DNA from: Barnesiella sp.
GTDB lineage: Bacteria; Bacteroidota; Bacteroidia; Bacteroidales; Barnesiellaceae_A
DNA length: 64,000 nucleotides
Direction of reading: 5' to 3'
Assembly (NCBI GenBank): GCA_045645425.1
Contig: JAZRIS010000027.1
Coordinates: 181-64,180, forward strand
The notes beneath the pieces were generated by a model. That model saw only the letters and a list, made by a program, of their open reading frames with translations. It made no database searches and was not told the DNA's origin. A program made the position numbers and the translations under genes. Within the stretch, counting starts at the first letter, position 1. The number at the start of each line of letters is the position of its first letter. This document shows positions 56,357 through 64,000 of this stretch, one piece after another.

Positions 56357-57775
56357 ATGAAAAAAATTTACCTCGTTTCACTTCTATCATTATTTGCAAT
56401 AGGAGCTGTTTCGGCACAAGAAACAACCATATTGCCCAGCAAAGCAAAGCACAATTCACCTGCAATGGCACAAGATGCCGATGCAAGTGCCTTGTATGCA
56501 ATGCCCGAAGTATTGCGCAACATAGGTGCAAAATCGATTGAGAACAAGCCTGTATGTAACCTCTTGGCACGTCACGCCGACATCAACGATGGTGCATTCT
56601 TGTGGGCACCCCTCGGCAACCCCGTTAAGTACAACGACCTCTCGACAGGAGCACCCACAGCATGGCAATGGACAACACCCGGTGCCGTAGTTGAGGATAA
56701 TACCGCTCAAAACATCGATGCCATATACCTCAAAGAGGGTCTTTATGACATGCCCACCCTCAATGTAACATATGGCGATGGAACAACAAGCTCATACACA
56801 CCTGCCATGAACATGACTAACAATGGCGGTAACGAGAAAATCAAGACCGGCGGTACTGTGGAAATTACCACTATCGACATGCGTCGTCACGACAACCTTT
56901 TCGGCTATGACAGCAATGCAACCTATATGCTCGGTGCTATCGAATATAACCAAGGAACAGAGAAAGGTTATGTAGGTGGTACCAACAACACCAAGGTTGT
57001 AGGATGGGGTAACCTCTTCATGATTGGTCAGAACGATGCCTCTCTTGAAGGTGTAAACATCTACCTCCACCACAAGCCCACCAAATTTAAAGAAGGAGCC
57101 AAAATCCTCATGCAAGTGTGGATGTGTAACATTACCGCAGAGAGTGTCTTGTTTACATATCTTCCTCTCGAAGCCATTCATATCCCCTTTGAAGATTTCA
57201 AAGCCGATGGCGAGGATGGTGCATGGGCACTCACATACGATGGTGCAGTAGCCAACATCAAGTTTGAAAACCCCATTGACCTCTACGGAAAAGCCTATTT
57301 CTTTGTATCTATAAGCGGTTTCTCACAAGACCCCGAAACTGAGGACTTCTGCTTGCTCACCGATGTCAAAGGTGTAGAGCTCTCAATGGAAGAGGAATAT
57401 AACCTCTTGGCGCACAACTCATACGGTCGCTACGAAGGTGAGTATGACTTCCTCCGTCCTATCTCAAACTATGGTGGTGGCAATGCCAGCTTTGCAATAT
57501 GCCCCATCATCCGCTCGGACATCAAAGAAGTAGAAGATCCCTTTGGTGCAGTAGAAGGCATGAAATTGCCCTCATTCCACGCAGGCGCATATAATGGCAA
57601 CATCATCATCATGAGCGCCGAGGCTTGCGATGTAAATGTATATGACGTTACAGGTAAGCTCGTAATGGCAGCTTATGCCAACGAAGGCGAAACAGTATTG
57701 AATACCCAATCGCTCAAAGACGGCATCTACATTGTACGCGCCGCCAATGGCAACGTGGCCAAGGTAATCAAATAA
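56357..57775 (+). CDS. T9SS cargo protein of unknown function (472 aa)
   Basis: The signal peptide is MKKIYLVSLLSLFAIGAVSAQ. The CTD is VNVYDVTGKLVMAAYANEGETVLNTQSLKDGIYIVRAANGNVAKVIK. Confidence 0.7.
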   Translation: MKKIYLVSLLSLFAIGAVSAQETTILPSKAKHNSPAMAQDADASALYAMPEVLRNIGAKSIENKPVCNLLARHADINDGAFLWAPLGNPVKYNDLSTGAPTAWQWTTPGAVVEDNTAQNIDAIYLKEGLYDMPTLNVTYGDGTTSSYTPAMNMTNNGGNEKIKTGGTVEITTIDMRRHDNLFGYDSNATYMLGAIEYNQGTEKGYVGGTNNTKVVGWGNLFMIGQNDASLEGVNIYLHHKPTKFKEGAKILMQVWMCNITAESVLFTYLPLEAIHIPFEDFKADGEDGAWALTYDGAVANIKFENPIDLYGKAYFFVSISGFSQDPETEDFCLLTDVKGVELSMEEEYNLLAHNSYGRYEGEYDFLRPISNYGGGNASFAICPIIRSDIKEVEDPFGAVEGMKLPSFHAGAYNGNIIIMSAEACDVNVYDVTGKLVMAAYANEGETVLNTQSLKDGIYIVRAANGNVAKVIK

Positions 57776-57823
57776 TAAAAGGTAAACAATAATCTAACAA
57801 TAAGAAACAAACAACTAACAATC

Positions 57824-59941
57824 ATGAAAAAGATTTTTACAGTATTGGCAGCATTCTTGTGCATGTCGATGTTTATGAGCGCAATGGCTTATGTGCATAA
57901 TTGGAAATTTGTTGCAGCAGGTGATGCCAGCACCTATGCAATCGACGAAGACGGCTCATTGTGGGGCTGGGGTTGGAACGAATATGGCCAACTCGGTCTT
58001 GGTTCCGGCTCGAACGAGCGTTATGGTATTCCTCAAAAAATAAGCGATGAACAATGGAAATATGTAGCTTCGGGCTCATCTTACTCATACTTCATCAAAG
58101 CCGATGGTACACTTTGGTCGGCCGGTGCAGGTACTAAAGGTTGCCTCGGTACAGGCGACAGCAACGCATCGAAAGAACTCAAACAAATAGGTACAGACAG
58201 CGATTGGAAATATGTATCAGCTGCTCACTGGTTCTGCTTCGCCGGAATAGGTATCAAAGAAGATGGCTCAATGTGGGCTTGGGGCGAAGGCGAAATGGGT
58301 GCCCTCCTCTGCTTGGGTAACTTCAACAACCGCTCAACCCCTGTAAAAGTAGGCGAAGATACTGACTGGGTAGATGCCACTATCGGTGTAGCTCATGGTA
58401 TGGCTATCAAAGAAAACGGTACCTTGTGGATGTGGGGTTGGAATGAACGCGGCCAACTCTCAAATATGACCGACGGTACAGGCAGCCTCTTCGTAAAGAA
58501 AGCCACACAATTTGGTACAGATACCGACTGGGTGAAAACATTTGCAGTAGGCTATTGCTCATACGCCATCAAAGCTGATGGTACATTGTGGGCATGGGGC
58601 TTCAACAACGACGACTTCTTGTTTGGCGAACAAACCAACGACACAACATCTATCTACACTCCCCGTCAAGTTACAGCCATCGAAGGTAAAGTAATAACAA
58701 TAGGTGGTTGCGAAAACACCCGCATAGTAGGTGTTGGCGAAAATGGCATTATCACCAAAGTATATGCTTGGGGTTCTAACAACGACGGTGCCCTTGGCGA
58801 TGGTAAAGGTAAATCGGTAGATCTTGCTCTCGATCCCAAATCATACAGCCCTGTTGAGGTAAAACTCGAAGCAGGTCTTAAGATAACACAACTCGCATCA
58901 GGACAATTCTACAGCAATGTACTCACCGAAGATGGTCGCATCTATGCTTGGGGTAAAAACCGCGGTGGACAGTTGGGTAACCTCGTAGAGTTGGATCAAA
59001 TGACATTCAGCCTCTCTCCTATTCTTGCAACAGAGGTTGTAGAGACAGAAGGCACATATACTTTCGATGCAGAGAACATTCCTACTGCCGTATCTTCTGC
59101 CAAGAAAATTATCTTGACAGGCGAATGGGGCACAGAAGACTTCCAACTGCTCTCTACCATGATAGGTAACAATGCAGGCTTCCCCCCTGCCGGCAACACT
59201 ACTATCGAAGTTGTAGATATGAGCCAAGCTACTATCGCCGAGAACACTACTACATACGTTGAGTTTGGTTCAACTATGAATGGTATATTCCAAGGCTGTC
59301 GTGCCATCAAGACAGTGAACATGCCTGCTGCCGAACAATGTGCCAACTTTGTAAGCCTCCGCAGTGCATTCCAAAACTGTAATAGCTTGGAAGCTATCGA
59401 CGTGACCGGCTGTGTAAACGTTACCAGCATTGAAGATGCTTTCTATGGTTGCTCATCATTGAAAACAATCGACCTCTCAAATTGCGAACTCATCGTTAAG
59501 TCGGTAAGTGCTCTTGACTGCTGTACTTCAATAGAGAGCGTTATCTTGCCCAAAACCATTGTTATCGAGAAGTTCTTCTTTGGTGACAACCAAGCTCTCC
59601 GCACTATCGATTGGAGCCGTTTTGAAGGCACTGAAGCTCCCAAATTCACCAAAACTGTATTCTGGGATGTATTCCAATACATCAATGACTTGAGCGTCAT
59701 TACACTCCAAGTTCCCGATGCAGCAGTAGAGCTCTTCACTTCTGATGAAAACTGGTCAAGACTCAATGTTGTAGGCGTAAGCGGCGTGAACAACATCACT
59801 GTTGATGCCAACATTGCACGCGACGTATATAACATGCAAGGTCAATACATCACCACATTGAAACCCGGTGTAAACGCTTCCGACGTTCTTGGTAACGGTC
59901 TCTACATCGTTGGTAACAAGAAAGTATTTGTAAGAAAGTAA
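57824..59941 (+). CDS. T9SS cargo protein: RCC1-like beta-propeller, BspA-type leucine-rich repeats and CTD
   Basis: It has at least six RCC1 blades (WGWGWNEYGQLGLG, WAWGEGEMGAL, WMWGWNERGQLS, WAWGFNNDD, YAWGSNNDGALGDG, YAWGKNRGGQLGN). The LRR segment is FQGCRAIKTVNMP..FQNCNSLEAIDV..FYGCSSLKTIDL. The CTD is VYNMQGQYITTL..LGNGLYIVGNKKVFVRK. Confidence 0.75.
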   Translation: MKKIFTVLAAFLCMSMFMSAMAYVHNWKFVAAGDASTYAIDEDGSLWGWGWNEYGQLGLGSGSNERYGIPQKISDEQWKYVASGSSYSYFIKADGTLWSAGAGTKGCLGTGDSNASKELKQIGTDSDWKYVSAAHWFCFAGIGIKEDGSMWAWGEGEMGALLCLGNFNNRSTPVKVGEDTDWVDATIGVAHGMAIKENGTLWMWGWNERGQLSNMTDGTGSLFVKKATQFGTDTDWVKTFAVGYCSYAIKADGTLWAWGFNNDDFLFGEQTNDTTSIYTPRQVTAIEGKVITIGGCENTRIVGVGENGIITKVYAWGSNNDGALGDGKGKSVDLALDPKSYSPVEVKLEAGLKITQLASGQFYSNVLTEDGRIYAWGKNRGGQLGNLVELDQMTFSLSPILATEVVETEGTYTFDAENIPTAVSSAKKIILTGEWGTEDFQLLSTMIGNNAGFPPAGNTTIEVVDMSQATIAENTTTYVEFGSTMNGIFQGCRAIKTVNMPAAEQCANFVSLRSAFQNCNSLEAIDVTGCVNVTSIEDAFYGCSSLKTIDLSNCELIVKSVSALDCCTSIESVILPKTIVIEKFFFGDNQALRTIDWSRFEGTEAPKFTKTVFWDVFQYINDLSVITLQVPDAAVELFTSDENWSRLNVVGVSGVNNITVDANIARDVYNMQGQYITTLKPGVNASDVLGNGLYIVGNKKVFVRK

Positions 59942-59965
59942 TAACTTCTTCATAAAACCGACACG

Positions 59966-59996
59966 AGCTGCGCCTTTACGGGCGCAGCTTTTTTTA
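59966..59996 (+). terminator. Rho-independent terminator after the RCC1/LRR gene
   Basis: Perfect 9-bp GC-rich stem, agctgcgcc (59966-59974) with ggcgcagct (59981-59989), followed by ttttttt. Confidence 0.8.
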
Positions 59997-60099
59997 TGAC
60001 ACAACAAAATCACACTTACAAATTTGAGTAGCATCAGAGCGTAATTACAACGATATAAAGGGATATAGCAAGAAAAAAAAGAAAAATTGTCATATCATA

Positions 60100-60130
60100 T
60101 TTGTTTTTAATAGTTTTATCATTACATTTG
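60100..60130 (+). promoter_or_regulatory. Putative full Bacteroidota promoter (TTTG -33, 19-nt spacer, TAcaTTTG -7) at the head of the AT-rich islet
   Basis: tttg lies at 60100-60103 and tacatttg at 60123-60130. The first ORF start (60500) is 369 nt downstream. Confidence 0.45.
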
Positions 60131-60203
60131 TGAGTGATTCGGTGAGGTATTTACCTCAAATTTTTTCTTAACTATTAAAAACACAAATGCCTATGAAACA
60201 TTA

Positions 60204-60424
60204 GCGTATAATTGATACGCACATTTTAGACATATTGGAAAAAGCGTTAGCTTTACGACTTTGCATATCGAAATCTGGAAAATTTCAATTAATGTGGCAA
60301 AAGAAGTGAAGGTAATGCTCGCGCTATAACAGCGTGGGCTTCACTTTTGTTTATTGCCACAGGGTAATCCAGAACCTCGATATGCGATAATAGAAAGTTA
60401 GTCCGCGCTTTTTTATGTGCGTAC
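60204..60424 (+). ncRNA. Candidate structured RNA or leader of unassigned family (rod of seven nested helices)
   Basis: Nested complementary pairs are 60216-22/60417-23 (7 bp), 60239-46/60406-13 (8 bp), 60263-71/60377-85 (9 bp), 60274-78/60369-73 (5 bp), 60293-99/60355-61 (7 bp), 60304-11/60339-46 (8 bp) and 60317-25/60331-39 (apical; the terminal g17-c39 pair competes with the g11-c39 pair of the preceding helix). The wobble positions are G.U only if the plus strand is read. No ORF of 60 aa or more lies on either strand across 59942-60465. Confidence 0.35.
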
Positions 60425-60444
60425 ATCTCTTCATCAAGGACTAC

Positions 60445-60481
60445 GGAGTAACCCCAAAAGCCAATCTAAATGAGTAGGGAA
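60445..60481 (+). repeat. 37-nt conserved motif, copy A (upstream of and overlapping the start region of a small exported-protein gene)
   Basis: GGAGTAACCCCAAAAGCCAATCTAAATGAGTAGGGAA is identical to copy B at 32 of 37 positions. Confidence 0.8.
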
Positions 60482-60499
60482 ATAGTTATATCTAAAATT

Positions 60500-60856
60500 A
60501 TGAAACATACATTTTTTATTATCACAATATTATTATCTGTTCTATTCAATGCAAGGGCAGATAACAATGAGAGTCCCCCAATATTAGATGAAGAAATATT
60601 CACAGAAACTCTTTCAGACACTGAAATAGAAAATCTACCAAGTATCACTGTATACAAAATAATAGGTGTAAATGCAACAGCATCATTTACAGCTAAATAT
60701 AGCGCAAGCGAAAACTATATATATGTATATGAACGCAAGAGCGGACGCTCAATTTGGTTTTATTATACTATATACAACAACCGAGCATACGGACAGGAAA
60801 ATGATGGAAGAGGCTCATTTCGCTATGTAGCTGGTGACTATTACTTTAATCTTTAA
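60500..60856 (+). CDS. Small exported protein of unknown function
   Basis: The signal peptide MKHTFFIITILLSVLFNARA begins at ATG 60500. The listed ORF begins at 60470 (MSRE...) inside the conserved motif, so the start is uncertain. Confidence 0.5.
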   Translation: MKHTFFIITILLSVLFNARADNNESPPILDEEIFTETLSDTEIENLPSITVYKIIGVNATASFTAKYSASENYIYVYERKSGRSIWFYYTIYNNRAYGQENDGRGSFRYVAGDYYFNL

Positions 60857-60876
60857 CCCACAAAAACATTTTTTGT

Positions 60877-61281
60877 ATGAAAAAATTAATCTTTATAGCT
60901 GTTGCAGCCATTATGTTATGTAGCTGTTCGACATATAAACTATCTAATACAGTGTGGTATAACGTAACAAAAGGCGAGTTAGAAAATAAGGAAGCCAACA
61001 TAATAACCAGCCTCTATTTTTTTGAGGACAATCAAATGTGCTTTAATACCTGTATAGAAAAAGACTCTGTCATGATTGTAAAGCCTATTACAGTTGCCTA
61101 TGGCGAGTATGAATATCAAGGCAACATTAATAAGGGTATTAAATTAAATATTAAATCAACCGACCTTGATGGAATAGAGCAAACTCATTTAGGAATTATA
61201 ACTAAGGAAGGTATGTTACTTTCTGTATCAGATTCTATCGCACGAACATTTGTTAAAATCAAAAATGTAACCTTAAAATAA
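60877..61281 (+). CDS. Small lipoprotein of unknown function
   Basis: 134 aa with a lipobox, MKKLIFIAVAAIMLCSCS. Confidence 0.6.
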   Translation: MKKLIFIAVAAIMLCSCSTYKLSNTVWYNVTKGELENKEANIITSLYFFEDNQMCFNTCIEKDSVMIVKPITVAYGEYEYQGNINKGIKLNIKSTDLDGIEQTHLGIITKEGMLLSVSDSIARTFVKIKNVTLK

Positions 61282-61282
61282 A

Positions 61283-62497
61283 ATGAGTATGAAAAATTTA
61301 AGAGCATTATCTATTATCACCATAATATCTTCAATGTTATGTAGTTGTGGAACTTTTGGTGAATTTGTAACCGGAGTTACAAGTGCTTATGTAAGCTATG
61401 TAGAGACTAACGGAAACGATCCAATCGGTGCATATGACTTAGCACAAAGTTATAATAAGGGTAATATTGATAAAGGTTTGGCAACAGCCGAGGCGGTATT
61501 ATTGGCAGCTGATGCATTAACCGATAAAGATTTAAGCAATGCCACCGAAGTAATCAGAGGAACAAGAACTTTTCTGTTAAATGATACAAACGCCTCCAAC
61601 GACAAAGCAAAATACGTAGCTGCAGCATTTCAAGCAACAGGTTATATTGTCGGACAATACGAAGAAAAAGAATGGGGAAAAGAAATCGATGCATTTTATG
61701 AAATGAACAAAAAATATACAGACCCCAATAGTCCCTCATATGACCCATACTTTTCGTTTAGATATGAGATTGATTATGAGAATAAAAGAATTAGAAAAAA
61801 AGAGACCTCGGAAGTTCTTAAAGAAATAAGAAATTACGAGATAAACAATCAGCAACAAAAAAACATTGATGATTTAGTCCAATATGGCATTATATCTGAC
61901 CAAGAAGAATATAATTACTATTTTGGAACAAAAGAACGCATGGAAGAGAATAAGGAACTCTATCTTGAATATTTGGCTAAACTTAGAGACATCCGACTAA
62001 GTCAATATTATAGTGGCATATATGAAAGTAACGACCCATATTCTACTTTTGCCGATGTAGCAACGGAAACACTCAATAATACATCTTCGCCCAATAATAC
62101 AACTACCCAAAATGATGAAATGTTGCAAATTGAACATAAGAAAAATATGGCTATCAATATAATAGAATCAACTATTATAAATGAGTATAAATTTGACTCA
62201 GCCAATTTATCTGATGAACAAAAAAAGCAACTTGACAATATTGCACAACTGCTAATCAACGAAAAACATCTAAAAATAAAAATTGCCGGTCACACTTGCA
62301 ATATCGGTTCAGATAAAGCCAACTATAATGTTGGATTGAAACGTGCAGAAGAGGCAAAAGAATACCTTATCATTAGCGGTATTGAAGAATGTAGAATCGA
62401 GACAGAATCAATGGGTGCATCAAATCCTTTTGTTGATAATAATAGCAATGACAACAGATTACATAATCGTAGAATTACCTTTACTGTTGTACAATAA
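61283..62497 (+). CDS. OmpA-family lipoprotein (peptidoglycan-binding OmpA C-terminal domain)
   Basis: 404 aa with a lipobox (LSIITIISSMLCSCG). The C-terminal sequence is KIAGHTCNIGSDKANYNVGLKRAEEAKEYLI..GASNPFVDNNSNDNRLHNRRITF, an OmpA_C pattern in which GHTD reads GHTC. The gap from the previous stop is 1 nt. Confidence 0.8.
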   Translation: MSMKNLRALSIITIISSMLCSCGTFGEFVTGVTSAYVSYVETNGNDPIGAYDLAQSYNKGNIDKGLATAEAVLLAADALTDKDLSNATEVIRGTRTFLLNDTNASNDKAKYVAAAFQATGYIVGQYEEKEWGKEIDAFYEMNKKYTDPNSPSYDPYFSFRYEIDYENKRIRKKETSEVLKEIRNYEINNQQQKNIDDLVQYGIISDQEEYNYYFGTKERMEENKELYLEYLAKLRDIRLSQYYSGIYESNDPYSTFADVATETLNNTSSPNNTTTQNDEMLQIEHKKNMAINIIESTIINEYKFDSANLSDEQKKQLDNIAQLLINEKHLKIKIAGHTCNIGSDKANYNVGLKRAEEAKEYLIISGIEECRIETESMGASNPFVDNNSNDNRLHNRRITFTVVQ

Positions 62498-62506
62498 AAC
62501 TCAAAT

Positions 62507-62543
62507 GGAGTAACCCGAAAAGCCTATTGAAGTGAGTAGGGAA
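62507..62543 (+). repeat. 37-nt conserved motif, copy B
   Basis: GGAGTAACCCGAAAAGCCTATTGAAGTGAGTAGGGAA starts 9 nt after the OmpA-family stop codon. Confidence 0.8.
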
Positions 62544-62570
62544 TTGAAACATTTTCTAAATCAAACAAAT

Positions 62571-62975
62571 ATGAAAAATCTTATATTTGCTTTTGCTGCA
62601 ATATTTCTTTTTACATTGCATGCTCACGCTCAGCAAAATTCTTGTATAGTGAAAGATGGTAATGGTGCATCTATTACTATTACTGTTGTACAAACTTATG
62701 ACGATGGTAAAGTTGATTTATCGGTAAGTAGTGATTGTAATGACTTCGTTAACGTTAATTATACTCTTACCTATTGTATGCATTATTACGAAGAGGCTAA
62801 ATATAATCGTCAAATAATTCAAAAAACAGAGACATCACAACCATTCAATGTTCTCGCACAACCTCAATCAAGTACCTCTATACCCGTGAAGATTAACTTA
62901 AAACCCATCGGTGAACTTGTAAAATGGGAGGTTAAAAAAATTAACATTAATGGTGCAAGATGTGAGAATAAATAA
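62571..62975 (+). CDS. Small exported Cys-containing protein of unknown function
   Basis: The signal peptide MKNLIFAFAAIFLFTLHAHAQ begins at ATG 62571. The listed GTG start at 62532 (MSRE...) lies inside motif copy B. Confidence 0.55.
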   Translation: MKNLIFAFAAIFLFTLHAHAQQNSCIVKDGNGASITITVVQTYDDGKVDLSVSSDCNDFVNVNYTLTYCMHYYEEAKYNRQIIQKTETSQPFNVLAQPQSSTSIPVKINLKPIGELVKWEVKKININGARCENK

Positions 62976-63010
62976 CGAATTATTTTTCTAAACCAAGAAT
63001 ACATAATCAA

Positions 63011-63060
63011 AACTTCCCCATTGCCTCATCACGAGTCAGTGGGGAAGTTCTTGTTTTGTT
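63011..63060. terminator. Bidirectional terminator between the islet and ettA
   Basis: Perfect 10-bp stem, aacttcccca (63011-63020) with tggggaagtt (63040-63049). T-rich runs follow on both strands. Confidence 0.7.
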
Positions 63061-63093
63061 TTAATTGTAAGAAATTCGGTAATAAAATCTATC

Positions 63094-64000
63094 TTACTCT
63101 CCAAACTTGCGATAGCGTACACGTTGAGGCTCAACATCGCCCAAACGACGACGTTTGTTCTCCTCGTACTCACTATATGAGCCCTCGAAGAAGAATACCT
63201 CCGAGTTGCCCTCAAATGCGAGAATGTGTGTACATATACGGTCGAGGAACCAACGGTCGTGCGATACGACAACGGCACAACCGGCAAAGTTTTCAAGACC
63301 CTCTTCAAGCGCACGCAACGTATTGACATCAATATCGTTGGTAGGCTCGTCGAGCAAGAGCACATTGCCCTCTTCCTTGAGAGCCATAGCCAAGTGGAGG
63401 CGGTTGCGCTCACCACCCGAGAGAACACCAATAAGTTTCTCTTGGTCGGCGCCGGTGAAGTTGAAACGCGAGAGATAGGCACGAGCATTCATCTCACGTC
63501 CGCCCATGCGGAATGTTTCTTGTCCGCCCGAAATTACTTGATATACACTCTTTTCGGGGTCAATATCTTTGTGAGTCTGATCGACATAGGCAATCTTCAC
63601 TGTTTCGCCCACATCAAAGCTACCTTTATCTACCTTCTCTTGCTCCATAATGAGGCGGAAGAGCGTTGTTTTACCGGCACCGTTGGGGCCAATAACACCT
63701 ACGATACCATTGGGAGGCAACATAAAGTTGAGATTGTCAAAGAGGAGTTTCTCGCCATAGGCTTTGGCAACACCTTGTGCCTCGATAACCTTGTTGCCCA
63801 AACGGGGACCGTTGGGGATAAAAATTTCGAGTTTCTCCTCGCGCTCCTTCTGGTCTTCATTGAGGAGTCGGTCGTATGAGTTAAGACGGGCTTTACCTTT
63901 GGCCTGACGCGCTTTGGGAGCCATGCGCACCCATTCGAGCTCGCGTTCAAGAGTTTTGCGACGCTTGCTGGCTTGCTTCTCTTCTTGAGCAAGACGCTTG
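63094..64000 (-). CDS. ettA: ABC-F ATPase EttA (energy-dependent translational throttle), C-terminal part; the 5' end lies beyond the window
   Basis: The frame is open to the window edge (..LERELEWVRMAPKARQAKGKARL..). The second ABC module has GPNGAGKTT, LSGGERNRLHLA and LLLDEPTNDID, and the tail is YSEYEENKRRRLG. Confidence 0.9.
   Translation of the reverse strand, partial: KRLAQEEKQASKRRKTLERELEWVRMAPKARQAKGKARLNSYDRLLNEDQKEREEKLEIFIPNGPRLGNKVIEAQGVAKAYGEKLLFDNLNFMLPPNGIVGVIGPNGAGKTTLFRLIMEQEKVDKGSFDVGETVKIAYVDQTHKDIDPEKSVYQVISGGQETFRMGGREMNARAYLSRFNFTGADQEKLIGVLSGGERNRLHLAMALKEEGNVLLLDEPTNDIDVNTLRALEEGLENFAGCAVVVSHDRWFLDRICTHILAFEGNSEVFFFEGSYSEYEENKRRRLGDVEPQRVRYRKFGE

Noticed and set aside
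60204-60424. I tried to identify the structured RNA as RNase P RNA, tmRNA, SRP RNA or a known riboswitch.
   Set aside because: I could not find the universally conserved RNase P motifs; agaaagttagtccgcgc only loosely resembles GGAAAGUCCGG. There is no tRNA-like acceptor end or tag ORF for tmRNA and no SRP domain IV motif. I see no riboswitch core that I recognise. The 6S-like idea rests only on the rod shape, so I kept it as speculative.
60000-63010. I considered whether the AT-rich islet is an integrated mobile element or prophage remnant.
   Set aside because: The window contains no integrase, transposase, relaxase, phage gene or flanking tRNA. The only direct repeats are the internal 37-nt motifs. 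I therefore report it as compositionally atypical DNA and do not annotate it as a mobile element.

Overview
The window looks like a Bacteroidota (Bacteroidales-like) chromosomal segment. I infer this from many TAnnTTTG -7 promoter boxes, a complete Bat aerotolerance operon and eight ORFs ending in type IX secretion (T9SS) C-terminal sorting domains. I call about 48 protein genes.

From 0.1 to 44 kb almost everything is on the minus strand:
- a DUF3127-like gene, an HTH gene and a PAP2 phosphatase
- moxR-DUF58-x-batA-batB-batC-batD-batE
- two HU-like genes and a DUF695-like gene
- a 58-aa histone-H1-like gene that falls below the ORF-track cutoff
- a BASS-like transporter, L31, a CpsB-like phosphatase (plus strand) and DPP3 (M49)
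- rlmI, rseP and dxr
- a 1.15-kb non-coding mosaic repeat field
- clpB and a YiiX-like lipoprotein (plus strand)
- DUF2148-aguA-aguB
- a 15.2-kb same-strand array of five very large T9SS cargo genes

From 44 to 64 kb genes are mostly on the plus strand:
- a ROK kinase and tilS
- rho, carrying a roughly 300-aa disordered insert with a poly-Asn tract
- a PL1 pectate lyase with a T9SS CTD
- argR and a DEAD-box helicase
- divergent kbl/tdh and a Crp/Fnr regulator
- two more T9SS cargos, one of them an RCC1+LRR fusion
- an AT-rich islet of about 3 kb, holding a strongly structured 370-nt non-coding leader and four small exported proteins including an OmpA-like lipoprotein
- the 3' part of ettA, which runs off the window

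I recognised no rRNA, tRNA, CRISPR array, transposase, integrase or known defence system.

The best novelty candidates are the T9SS giant-protein array (28.7-44.0 kb), the structured RNA with a repeated 37-nt motif in the AT-rich islet (60.0-63.0 kb), and the promoter-bearing mosaic repeats between dxr and clpB. All functional names come from motif and family recollection by eye. No database search was run.
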